IMG/VR virus record: IMGVR_UViG_3300034101_004588
Coordinates: 62,001 to 126,000 of that record
Direction: 5' to 3' (one strand)
DNA: 64,000 nucleotides
Part shown: positions 40,401 through 49,187 of the stretch, piece by piece
Layout: every line of letters begins with the position of its first letter
How positions within the stretch are numbered: the first letter of the stretch is position 1
Notes under the pieces: model-generated
What the model saw: only the letters and a program-made list of their open reading frames with translations
Told to the model about the DNA's origin: nothing
Database searches by the model: none
Position numbers and translations under genes: made by a program

Positions 40401-41069
40401 TAAATGTAAACCTGAACCACCACTCATTCCATAACCTATACCCGTATTCCCTAAAGAAGCCCAATATTGAACAAAGGGTGCTAATTCACTTCCAGATAAA
40501 AGTTTTCCGTCTTTTTCTATATAAACATCTGCTGCTAATCCACCATCATGTCTTCCAGTATTAGAAACTTGTTCTCTGTCCGGATTTTGTGTACCAGAAT
40601 AAATAATAACTTTAGCATCTTTTCCATACACTTTTGTCGCTGCATCTGATAAATTGTTTACTAATTCATCTGCAACTGGCAAATTTCGATTTGTACCAGA
40701 ACCATAAGCGTAATTAACATTTGGTCTACTTGCTCCGGTTGTTTTTCCGGAAAATGTTCTTAAAGGATTTGAACTGGTAGATCCTGTGCCAGGATTAAAT
40801 AAAGCAGAAGTACCTCCACCAAAAACCGGAGCAGCACATTCAGACCAGGGTAAAACTGTTTTTAAATGTATTAACAATTCTGGACTAAAGGCTCCTAAAG
40901 TGTCTATATGACTAAAACTAAAATCTTTTAATTCTGAATTCCAACCACTATATATAGTGTTAGAAAGATAAGGAATAAAAACTTGTACTCTTCCTCTATT
41001 TTCTGGATCGTTATTATTAACTACTATTCCTAAATGATTACCGTAAACTTTTTTTAATTTTTTTGCCAT
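37470..41069 (-). CDS. gp5: Baseplate central spike (gp5/VgrG-like) with inserted peptidoglycan-hydrolase domains
   Basis: GIVVNNNDPENRGRVQV...PWSECAAP and P.PGAKVFVFFLNGD..KPIYF OB-fold motifs; beta-helix repeats; HxH tip motifs. Confidence 0.85.
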   Translation of the reverse strand: MAKKLKKVYGNHLGIVVNNNDPENRGRVQVFIPYLSNTIYSGWNSELKDFSFSHIDTLGAFSPELLIHLKTVLPWSECAAPVFGGGTSALFNPGTGSTSSNPLRTFSGKTTGASRPNVNYAYGSGTNRNLPVADELVNNLSDAATKVYGKDAKVIIYSGTQNPDREQVSNTGRHDGGLAADVYIEKDGKLLSGSELAPFVQYWASLGNTGIGYGMSGGSGLHLDLVGNQLGGGRFWTYNGLSNSDVSQAFANGSKGVAPSGLAGSLEDPPSQSPARTAGVEGADTMVAGKDLYAQEPAKTEYVPQGTFTTTVFNYSLGKGVIGNQGDETQDVNTNNGKSAFAQNLTPGVVARAREGGTANLPYGTVIRDTSTNFVYIIADNHGNQNQNAIDVYVPTSQYNINNTQNNVTFEILGRESTIGRSAGEVRQQLSKYGQVPPGPSATEEFASVGKNNLIEDSKGFASAGDGRTYGSLNFAGTPPYPNSLNHGNGMFALPQPGAKVFVFFLNGDVQKPIYFACAPEPSAMQNFLQTANGPDSSTVERVNQNQINQTTSMAAPGGQISIGYAARTSSQPPEKTFIRLTSDQGADAFLAESISLASPTNASVNARGDMFLNSVGPMNLWSGGFIEQGTDGDITLRAGLGTNPDERRKAAEEINNMIKSTHNKKLEEIKNNAPKGDMVPCPICSTTYVSDAAKNLAKRFWNFIKKWDLPWGSYAIEFLSFVTSLLLVPFLSIVPAKTLLKDGTCGNEGCKDGMIPSPQKPIEDANKKAGEEMAKNSTKIQEAETRMGAGGTITMAAAKDFVINAGLTTNDAEAYTQAGHNTDMGGFVDGKNTPTYVMRGGKNHERMVHSEPDQFPGGNIVLKGGNKVKIVSGSPGLDMVTKGKISITGGGVNVVGSEGEVVLSSKNKTIVKGKSLTLEADDRSGKGSVQIYTPQTIIKGGFSVAGDAVIKGGLGMDGELSVKYINTVGQRVQTSGSGTPDQRVPQANWAVGPAQAINVLNLFRTAVTHYAFLGAIIMPTNIVKAVMDVLETITLNSVIEPVATGIYFGGCLNAAGPGVSWGFIWNWRHNHNQTPQDHHHDFTQPRGTYYDDDAGLAGSRVNANPVPTPARKNGTAPDGGPKTLAGCGGGGFGFGTPNTGGGPPRFGNLNSFGLTKLVPGFNNIRLNNPNIKFTYTPDGNVEPLIVNRKLFQDLGIDC

Positions 41070-41070
41070 A

Positions 41071-42792
41071 TTATATAGTTATATTTGCTATTGATGTTCT
41101 TAAATTAAAAAATTTGTCATCAATATCTGTTTGTAATTTATTTAAATTATTACCTACATTGTCAGTAAAAAATCCTTGAACATCCTGATATATTCTAGGT
41201 CCAATTATAGCTGGAGTTGAAGGTATAAAAGCTAAAGGGGCTGGCAATTGATCTCCAAAACGAGTCATAATTTCAGATATGATAGGTAACGCTCCTGCTT
41301 GAGGCATAAATTGATTTACCAAACCAGCCACAATATTCCCTTGCAGATAATTTAAAACATAAGAATATCCATAATTACCTAACATATCTGCCAAAAATCC
41401 GTTGGGATCACTGCCAATTTGATTTACAGTATCTATAACTTGTTGAACTTCTGGTGGAATAAATTGCTGTAAAAAAGAAAAAGGATTTGCTAAAGCATTA
41501 CTACCTATATTAACAAAGTTTTGAACTATATTTAAGAAATCAAAAAAAGATCCATTTTGTCCGAATATACCAGAAATAAAATTAATATCATCCAAAATAA
41601 CTTGTATAGTAGCCAATATTAAGCACAATAAATCTAAAGGTATAATCTTTTCTATTAAACTTAAAATTAATTGTTGTATCTGCACCATAATTCCATTAAT
41701 AAATGCATAAAATTCTTGTATAGCCCTAACAACTCCTTGATAAACTTCATTAATTAAAATTTGAAAAGCGGTTACTACTCTATTAATAAAGCTAACGACT
41801 TGTTGCAAAGCTCCAAAAGCTAAAGCTGGTAAAGCCAAATATGCTCTAGACCTAATTAAATTTAAATAATTTTCTAATTCTTCTGTAAATTTAGGATGAA
41901 TTTTATTTAAAGCTTGTTCTACTAATGAAGGAGTTTGTCTTTGTGGTCCGGTAACTGGATTATTTTCAACTCTAGTAGAATTTGCTACTGTGGTTGTACC
42001 TGCATTGCCAAAATCTTTAAAAAAACCACTTTGATAAGCTGGAGTTTTTTTAAAAATTGATTCTAATCCTTTAAAAATATAACCCTTTATTGCTTGGTTT
42101 CCTTTTAACCACATATAATATAATATATCCCCATTAATAACCACACTTGATTCATTTTTAATTGGATTATTGGCAGCAGTAATAGTTGCTCCTAAAGCTC
42201 CGCTTCCATTTTTTAAAACATATAACCAAGCTGCTAAGTAATTGTAATTGTCTGGTGTTGTTATATAAGTTCTGAATGCTAATAAATCATTTGAATCAAA
42301 TCCAATTTCAGAAGCCATTTTGTCTATGTCTACTACTTGATCTTTTCCCGGAGTTAATAATTTGGTTTTGTCTCCTGGAGATATTTTAGAAACAGTTTTA
42401 GCTGGATCTTGCCTTGGACTATAAGCTTCAGAAGTTGGATCATTTGGATTAGCGTCTCCTGTACCGTTTACTAATTCATTTAACCAATCTGGATAAGAAG
42501 CATCCGTAGGACTTACACTAGGTGTAGAAGCAGAAGATGTTGCTCCTGTAGTAGCTCCAGCTGGTGCTCCTATTGTATCTGGTGTTACAGAAACTGATAC
42601 AGCTGGACCACCAGAATAAACAGAATAAACAGAACCAGTATCTAATGGTGAAACTGGTAAATTATTTTGTTCCGGAACAGGTTGCCTTGTTCTAGAATCA
42701 ACTATTTGTAAAGTATTTGGATCTGTTGTAAAATATGTATCTGGAGCCGCTGGAGGTCCTTCATACGGAGTGATTTGATTTTCATTGCCCAT
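41071..42792 (-). CDS. Putative virion protein with S/T/P-rich N-terminus and hydrophobic helical C-terminus
   Basis: 573-aa ORF directly upstream of gp5. Confidence 0.6.
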   Translation of the reverse strand: MGNENQITPYEGPPAAPDTYFTTDPNTLQIVDSRTRQPVPEQNNLPVSPLDTGSVYSVYSGGPAVSVSVTPDTIGAPAGATTGATSSASTPSVSPTDASYPDWLNELVNGTGDANPNDPTSEAYSPRQDPAKTVSKISPGDKTKLLTPGKDQVVDIDKMASEIGFDSNDLLAFRTYITTPDNYNYLAAWLYVLKNGSGALGATITAANNPIKNESSVVINGDILYYMWLKGNQAIKGYIFKGLESIFKKTPAYQSGFFKDFGNAGTTTVANSTRVENNPVTGPQRQTPSLVEQALNKIHPKFTEELENYLNLIRSRAYLALPALAFGALQQVVSFINRVVTAFQILINEVYQGVVRAIQEFYAFINGIMVQIQQLILSLIEKIIPLDLLCLILATIQVILDDINFISGIFGQNGSFFDFLNIVQNFVNIGSNALANPFSFLQQFIPPEVQQVIDTVNQIGSDPNGFLADMLGNYGYSYVLNYLQGNIVAGLVNQFMPQAGALPIISEIMTRFGDQLPAPLAFIPSTPAIIGPRIYQDVQGFFTDNVGNNLNKLQTDIDDKFFNLRTSIANITI

Positions 42793-42847
42793 AATTTAAT
42801 CGTGTATTTTTTCTTTTATAAAATATTATATTAAATAACTTATTCAT

Positions 42848-43471
42848 ATGACCCTAAAATACCCTCCCATAGGCATTGCTGGAGCAGCCCGTAGTGGTAA
42901 AGATACTTTATGTCAACTATTGATATACTTATTTCAAAAACATAATATAGAATCATATAGACAATCAATGGCGGGGGATATTATTCGTAAAGATTTGGAA
43001 GAATCTTTTATTAAAAAAATACAACCTTATTCATTTTTTACAGAAGACTTAAAAGAAAAGGAAATTTTAAGACCAATTATGGTTGAATATGGTAGATTAT
43101 TAAGAAAAACAACAGAAGGTAGATATTTTATAGAAAAAGCTCAAAATATTATTTTAGAAAATAATTCTAAAATAGCTATTATACCTGATATAAGATATGC
43201 AGAATATAAAAAAGATGAATTGTTTTGGATCAAAAACGAAATAAAAGGATATTTAATTTTTATCAAAAAAGAAAGTAATAATGACGCTAATGTTTTTGAA
43301 CAAATGAATAATAAAATTTTAGAAAAAAATGCAGATTTTGTATTAGAATGGCCAGTTTTAGGGGATTTGAAAGAAAATTTAGAGGAATATGAACAATATG
43401 CGTCAAAAATTGTAGATATATATACAAAGAATCACCATTTACCTATAGGACACCTTTCAGCTCTTAAATAG
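42848..43471 (+). CDS. Deoxynucleoside monophosphate kinase (gp1-like)
   Basis: IGIAGAARSGKDT P-loop, R..MVEYG...R, IIPDIRY. Confidence 0.8.
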   Translation: MTLKYPPIGIAGAARSGKDTLCQLLIYLFQKHNIESYRQSMAGDIIRKDLEESFIKKIQPYSFFTEDLKEKEILRPIMVEYGRLLRKTTEGRYFIEKAQNIILENNSKIAIIPDIRYAEYKKDELFWIKNEIKGYLIFIKKESNNDANVFEQMNNKILEKNADFVLEWPVLGDLKENLEEYEQYASKIVDIYTKNHHLPIGHLSALK

Positions 43472-43746
43472 GTTTTAACCGCCATATAACATCCACATTT
43501 TTGACATCTTTGCCGAGCTTTGTCAAAAAAAGGACAAGATTCACATATATTTAATCTTTTAGTTGCTTCTTCCCCATCAACCTTTAAAGGGTTTCCTTGT
43601 AAAACACTAGAAGCATTATTATATACACTACCAGCAACATTTTTTAACATCTGAGCACTTGATGGGTATGAAGTATTTTTCTTAGATGACATTAATTGTT
43701 GTATTTTAGTTTGTTGTAATCTTCTTTTTAAAAAATTTTTATCCAT
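43432..43746 (-). CDS. Small Cys-rich zinc-binding protein
   Basis: RLNICESCP...CQKCGCYMAVKT...CPIGKW. Confidence 0.7.
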   Translation of the reverse strand: MDKNFLKRRLQQTKIQQLMSSKKNTSYPSSAQMLKNVAGSVYNNASSVLQGNPLKVDGEEATKRLNICESCPFFDKARQRCQKCGCYMAVKTYLRAERCPIGKW

Positions 43747-43747
43747 A

Positions 43748-45373
43748 TTAAATTGTGTCTTCTCCTTTTACTTTCCATAGAGGAACTGCAGAGTCTACTT
43801 TAGTAGCAACTACATCTGTTAAATAGGTTTGAGGACTAAAATAATGGGTTACTTTAATCATCAACCATTGTCCTAAAAATCTGTCATCAAAATAATTTGA
43901 ATGAGCAGAATCTTTTCTAGTAACATATAAAAATCTACCAGGTGCTCTTAAAGTTAAACCTGGACCTCTAAAATACAAAGCTTCGTTTAAAAATAATAAA
44001 TCTTTTAACATATGTACTAAAGGAGTATGAGACGCAGCAAAAGGTTGTGTTGAACCGAAATAATTTTCCATCGATAATCCTTTAAATTTGGTTTGATTAA
44101 TATTATAAAGTATTTGTCCTTTGTTGCTCTGTTGAAAATTAAATAAACCAGCTTTAGCAGTTTCTTCCATTTTAGACAAAACATTTTCTGCTTTGTTGAG
44201 ACTCATGTATATATTATAAGAACCTGTGGAAAAATCATAACTGTGTACTGCTTTGTTATTTATTAAATTATCATCCATTGCAGTCATTGGAACAAATTTA
44301 TAATTGGAAATTTTAGAAGCTTTACCAGACATGAAATTTTTTACCAAATCACTTTTACCTTCGTAGGACCGAGCTTTGTTTATGGTACCAAGTAAACCAT
44401 CATCCAATACTAATTTCTCCACTTGTTCATTTTCTGAAGAAGAAAACAAAGTCTTCAATGAGCGTAACTTCCACCTTTTATCTTCTGTATGTCTACCCAA
44501 AGTTAAAAATATTGGACTATCATCCCCGCCTTTACAGTAATCTAAAATATAATCCATATCATCTAAAACTGTATTGTTAGCTGGAGAAGTATAAATTATA
44601 CTAGAACCATCAACTGATGGATATTGTAATATTTTTTCTAAAGAAGGGTTTTGATTTACATTCAAAGTTCCCAATTCCCAATTTTGATCATCAAAACTAT
44701 TCAGTTTTATTGTAGGATTTGCAATATTTGACGGAACGCCTGTAAATCCTACTTTGGTAGGAGTTCCTAAACCTACTCCATTTAAATCAAAATTATTATT
44801 AGAAGCAGTATCTATAACAGAAGCAAGAGCTACATTGGCATTCATTGCTTTTTGAGAATCTGGTAACAACCAAGCTGGTGTATTAGAAAATATTTTAGAA
44901 GCAGGACCGTGAGTTGAAGTAGACCATGAAATGTTTCTTTCTGAAAATATTTGATACCTTTCATCATAAAAATAATATTTTCTTATTTTTCTAATGGCTG
45001 AATCTGTTGGAAGGTCTTCTATATCATAAATAACACAATCAAAATTCATTTCCCATTTATCTTTAGGCAAAGATTCTGGTCCTATAGTATAAATTCTTAT
45101 ATTAAGTTTATTTCTTCCATCCGTTCGAAACACAAATAAAGGATTTCTCCCATTAGGTTCGTCTCTTGTTGGAGGAACCCCTCTTTCTATAACTTCATAA
45201 TCACTTTGAATAGTTATATAACCTTTTACATTCCAATTCATTAAAGACTCCTCTATTACTAATTCTCTTACAGTTTTAAAGGGAACGTAAAAAGGAGCTT
45301 TAATACTAGGATTGAACATAGTAAGTTCAATTTCGTATCTTTGATCTTCTATTTGAAAAACGGAATCTAGCAT
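43748..45373 (-). CDS. Baseplate hub protein (gp27-like)
   Basis: IEESL...KGYI N-terminus; C-terminal PG...PG...GQWLMIKVTHYF; located near gp5. Confidence 0.65.
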   Translation of the reverse strand: MLDSVFQIEDQRYEIELTMFNPSIKAPFYVPFKTVRELVIEESLMNWNVKGYITIQSDYEVIERGVPPTRDEPNGRNPLFVFRTDGRNKLNIRIYTIGPESLPKDKWEMNFDCVIYDIEDLPTDSAIRKIRKYYFYDERYQIFSERNISWSTSTHGPASKIFSNTPAWLLPDSQKAMNANVALASVIDTASNNNFDLNGVGLGTPTKVGFTGVPSNIANPTIKLNSFDDQNWELGTLNVNQNPSLEKILQYPSVDGSSIIYTSPANNTVLDDMDYILDYCKGGDDSPIFLTLGRHTEDKRWKLRSLKTLFSSSENEQVEKLVLDDGLLGTINKARSYEGKSDLVKNFMSGKASKISNYKFVPMTAMDDNLINNKAVHSYDFSTGSYNIYMSLNKAENVLSKMEETAKAGLFNFQQSNKGQILYNINQTKFKGLSMENYFGSTQPFAASHTPLVHMLKDLLFLNEALYFRGPGLTLRAPGRFLYVTRKDSAHSNYFDDRFLGQWLMIKVTHYFSPQTYLTDVVATKVDSAVPLWKVKGEDTI

Positions 45374-45978
45374 ACGTTACATATATTACAATCATTAACA
45401 TTAGTAATCATTTTAATTTCTAATTGATTAAAAATAAAAGAAGCATTGCAAGTAATTTCTGAAGGATCTTGATAATTAAAATTAATTTCAGATAAACCTG
45501 TAATAAAAGCATTTGTATATTCAAAATTAATGATTTTATTATTATATTCATCTAAACCAAAAACATTTAACATAGTAACATAATCTGATGTTGGATTAGA
45601 TAGTAATTGACTTTCTGGTTCTCTTGTGTTTAATAAAGAAGTAGATTTTTTTGAATCATTAAAAAGATTTAACCAATACCATAAAATATAGTAGTTATGA
45701 TATCCATTATCTATTAAAAATCTTAAATTGAGTGGTGGATAAGGTGGACGAGCTTTTGAACTAACCTGATAATTTTGACCATCAAAAGGAATTGTTATAG
45801 GAGGAACTGAAATGTTAGGTACAGGAGATCCAAAAACTGTAAATTCTATTTTATCTTCTTTAAATTCTTTAGATAAAATAGTATCCAAAAATTGTCTATT
45901 TTGCCTTATAACTTTAGGCAAATTAAAAACAAATAAAAATTTATCACTTCTTGATCTGTTTAAAGCTGATTGATTCAT
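45367..45978 (-). CDS. Tail tube terminator/completion protein (gp3-like)
   Basis: PLNLRFLIDNGYHNY..L.YW, FEYTNAFITGLSEINF tube-fold motifs. Confidence 0.7.
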   Translation of the reverse strand: MNQSALNRSRSDKFLFVFNLPKVIRQNRQFLDTILSKEFKEDKIEFTVFGSPVPNISVPPITIPFDGQNYQVSSKARPPYPPLNLRFLIDNGYHNYYILWYWLNLFNDSKKSTSLLNTREPESQLLSNPTSDYVTMLNVFGLDEYNNKIINFEYTNAFITGLSEINFNYQDPSEITCNASFIFNQLEIKMITNVNDCNICNVC

Positions 45979-45981
45979 AAA

Positions 45982-47796
45982 CTAAAATAATATAATAGGA
46001 CTATTATTGTCTTCTTTTAAAAACTTATCATCTTTTACAGCTTTTTGATCCAGTAATTGATCTGATTTTTTACCCCATTGATTAAGCCAAGACATTAAAT
46101 TTTGAGCTTCTAGATCCAAATCAAGAGTTTCTAAAGATTTATCTCCTACAAAAAATAAAGGATCTTTAGAAGAATTAATTTTCTTATAAATGGTAGACGA
46201 TCCGGAAAATAATGGACTTTTTTTAATTATATCATTATTGTCATTTAAAGGTCTCATTTCTAAAGGTTTACCTTGATCGTCTGTTTCTGTTATATAAAAA
46301 TATCTTTCTGCTATCGTAGGATCTAAAATAAACAAAGCCCAAATTAAAGCAAACACTCGATCATCCAAATCATTTTTAGTTCTTTTACTATAGGTTAAAT
46401 TTGGATGTCTTACGAATGTAGCAATCTCTAATAAAGTGTCTAAATCATAAAATTTTACAGCTTTTAAACTATTGGTCCAGTAACGAAAATTATTAATTCC
46501 TTTATACTTTGTATTAGTATGATTATGTATACCCAGTCTAGCATCATTTTTATAATGTTTGCTCATACCGTCTAATTGATAAGAAACAACATTTTCATAA
46601 TCATGCGTTCTGACCAAAACATCTAAAACTTGTTGTCCAGCATTATTATTTTCTACTAACACTGGAGGACGTCCCCAATCATTTAAAATACCCATTAAAC
46701 GGGTACCAAATAAATAAGGATTAATAGAATTGTTTGCATAAACGGCTACTTGTTCTATGTTTTTTAAATCTGTAACATCTAATATTTGTACAGTAGAATT
46801 TGTTCTTCCTATACCTTCCCCTACATCAACTCCTACAACATAAAAATGATTTTCTTTAGGTAATTCATATATCTTATAATGTCCATCTTCCATTACTAAA
46901 ACAGGTTCTTTACATTGTGCCTTTAAACCTTCCATTAAAGCTGAATCTAAAACACTTTTTCCGGATACATGAAATTCATTTCCAAATTCTTGATCAAAAT
47001 CCTCTTGAGATCCTAATTGTGCTATGGTACTTTTTTTCCAATCATCATCCCTTCCAGGCACTTCCCACCAATCAACTCTTTCTAAATTCCAAGAACTGTT
47101 TTCTTTTTGTGATTCTTCATACAATTCATAAAATTTATTATCAGTACCATTTGGAGTGCTAATAACTATAATTTGGGATTTTTTAGAAGAAGAAATAATA
47201 GGTATAGCACTTTTCCACAATTCCATCATAATTTCATTCGGACAATGTGCCATTTCATCTATTAAAAGAAGATTACTAGTTGAACCTCTTGGACCAGCTG
47301 ATGAGGTAGTACTTACTTGTATAGCAGATCCATTAGCTAATTCAAATCCGTTTTTTCTCCATGACTTAACACTAGGCTTTAAATAAATAGCCAATTCTTC
47401 AAAAGCCATTTTAATACGAGAAAATATTTCAACAGCAGTCTCTGCTTTATTGGCTACTATAGTAATTCTTTTATCATCAAAAAAACAAGTTAACCATAAA
47501 GCATATATTGTAATTGTAGTAGTTTTTCCACTTTGTCTACTTGCTAAAACAACATTAAATCGTTCCGCTTTAAAGGCTTTCAATAATCTTTTTTGATATT
47601 TGTATAATTCTATTTTTCTCTTTCCTTCATCTAGAGTTTTGATAAAAAAATGATTTTCAGCAAAGTGTAATATACTTTTTTTACAAAGTTTTAAATCTTC
47701 CAACATCTCGTCGGTCCATTTAAAAGTTGCGTTAGTTCTTAACAGATTCTCATTACCTTTATAAAAAGAACCGTCAACTAAAAAATCATTAGACAT
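45982..47796 (-). CDS. terL: Terminase large subunit (gp17-like)
   Basis: YKGNENL, LYKYQ, SRQSGKTT, IDEMAH, ISTPNG, QEF, GVDVGEG, DDRVFA. Confidence 0.95.
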   Translation of the reverse strand: MSNDFLVDGSFYKGNENLLRTNATFKWTDEMLEDLKLCKKSILHFAENHFFIKTLDEGKRKIELYKYQKRLLKAFKAERFNVVLASRQSGKTTTITIYALWLTCFFDDKRITIVANKAETAVEIFSRIKMAFEELAIYLKPSVKSWRKNGFELANGSAIQVSTTSSAGPRGSTSNLLLIDEMAHCPNEIMMELWKSAIPIISSSKKSQIIVISTPNGTDNKFYELYEESQKENSSWNLERVDWWEVPGRDDDWKKSTIAQLGSQEDFDQEFGNEFHVSGKSVLDSALMEGLKAQCKEPVLVMEDGHYKIYELPKENHFYVVGVDVGEGIGRTNSTVQILDVTDLKNIEQVAVYANNSINPYLFGTRLMGILNDWGRPPVLVENNNAGQQVLDVLVRTHDYENVVSYQLDGMSKHYKNDARLGIHNHTNTKYKGINNFRYWTNSLKAVKFYDLDTLLEIATFVRHPNLTYSKRTKNDLDDRVFALIWALFILDPTIAERYFYITETDDQGKPLEMRPLNDNNDIIKKSPLFSGSSTIYKKINSSKDPLFFVGDKSLETLDLDLEAQNLMSWLNQWGKKSDQLLDQKAVKDDKFLKEDNNSPIILF

Positions 47797-47801
47797 ATAA
47801 T

Positions 47802-48155
47802 TTAAGTGTTTTGTTTATCTAATTCTTGTAATACTAAAGATACATAGTCAGGTTTTAGTATTTTAAGAGTAGTCCCGGGCTCTGGCATAATCACTGGATT
47901 TTCTAATTGATTATATAAAAATATAACCCACCACAAATTCATATTTCCATAAAATTTAAAAGACATATTATACCAATTATCCGATTCTGTAGTTGTATAA
48001 GATATTTCTGCTTCACTATCAGAAGAAGGAAAAATGTTAATATTTTTTAATAAATTATAAAAATATTGTCCGTTAGAATCAGAATAAACATTGAAATAAT
48101 TTTCATAAGAAAAAACATTTAATCTGTCTAATTCATTTATATCATTTCTTTTCAT
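47802..48155 (-). CDS. Baseplate wedge LysM protein (gp53-like)
   Basis: SFKFYGNMNLWWVIFLYN...PGTTLKI. Confidence 0.75.
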   Translation of the reverse strand: MKRNDINELDRLNVFSYENYFNVYSDSNGQYFYNLLKNINIFPSSDSEAEISYTTTESDNWYNMSFKFYGNMNLWWVIFLYNQLENPVIMPEPGTTLKILKPDYVSLVLQELDKQNT

Positions 48156-48160
48156 ACTGA

Positions 48161-49174
48161 TTAAGGTTCTCTTGGAGTAAATGTAGATCTGGCAGGATCT
48201 GATACTATTTCAACCTTTTTCCCTCCCATAGTTGCCAAGAAAATATTAGAGCTTTGAGGAATTAATTCTTTTAGTGATATACTAACTCTATAAGCTTCTG
48301 GAACTAAAATTTCAGCTCCAACATTAACAATTTCTTTTAAAGATCTAGTGGTTCCTATGCTGTCTACTTTATAATTAGATACATAAGCTAAAGGCATATA
48401 CACACCTCCTCCACCTAAAGTTTCCACCGTGTATACTTTGGGTGGAATAAAGGTTACTAAAGAAGTGCGAGTTTTTAAATTTTGAAAAGCGAATAAAGTT
48501 ACAAAGGCGTAATTTTGAAAAGCGCTTTGCACACTTATGGTATTATATAAAGGAAAGCTTATAGTAACAGTTTGTTTTTCTGTACTATCATATGACATTA
48601 TAGGTTCATAACCTATACCAGGAGTGACAACTCCAACTCCTGCGGCTGCTATCATACCAGCCATTTGTCCTAATAAACTACTATTTTGTCCCCCTGTAGC
48701 TGCTTTTTTAATAGCATCAAAAACTCCTTCTTGATCTTTCCATTGATTTGTAATATCTCTTAAATTGCTTCCATCGTTTAATAAATGAGGAAATACATAA
48801 GAAAAACAATTTGACCTATCCGTACTAACTTTATACAAAGCCATGTAAGGATCTAATTTTTGTCCAGCAGTTGCCAAATTATTTAAAGAATCTTGCACAT
48901 AACCAAATGCATTATAAGCATTGGAAGCCCATTGGCCTAATTCTATTTCATATTCAGTTAGACGTATTCTTGGTACTTCATCAGCTAATCCGTAATTTTT
49001 CCAATCATATTTGTCTACTATATTAATAATTCCTCCACCGTTTCTATTAAGAACTACTCTATCTTGATTTATCCCTAATTTATCAGGCTTTGAACCAACT
49101 GTAAAAGACCCCCCTCCAAAGTGGCTTTGGACGGCATTTGTAGTTGTAGGATTATTAACAGTGTTATTAGCCAT
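48161..49174 (-). CDS. Baseplate tail-tube cap (gp48-like)
   Basis: ISFPL, PPKVYTV, VPEAYRVSISLKEL tube-fold C-terminus. Confidence 0.55.
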   Translation of the reverse strand: MANNTVNNPTTTNAVQSHFGGGSFTVGSKPDKLGINQDRVVLNRNGGGIINIVDKYDWKNYGLADEVPRIRLTEYEIELGQWASNAYNAFGYVQDSLNNLATAGQKLDPYMALYKVSTDRSNCFSYVFPHLLNDGSNLRDITNQWKDQEGVFDAIKKAATGGQNSSLLGQMAGMIAAAGVGVVTPGIGYEPIMSYDSTEKQTVTISFPLYNTISVQSAFQNYAFVTLFAFQNLKTRTSLVTFIPPKVYTVETLGGGGVYMPLAYVSNYKVDSIGTTRSLKEIVNVGAEILVPEAYRVSISLKELIPQSSNIFLATMGGKKVEIVSDPARSTFTPREP

Positions 49175-49187
49175 AATTCTTTTATAC

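Noticed and set aside
23640-47796. Introns or inteins in the polymerase, helicase, UvsX or terminase
   Set aside because: Lengths and motif spacing are ordinary; no splice-junction or homing-endonuclease motifs were seen.
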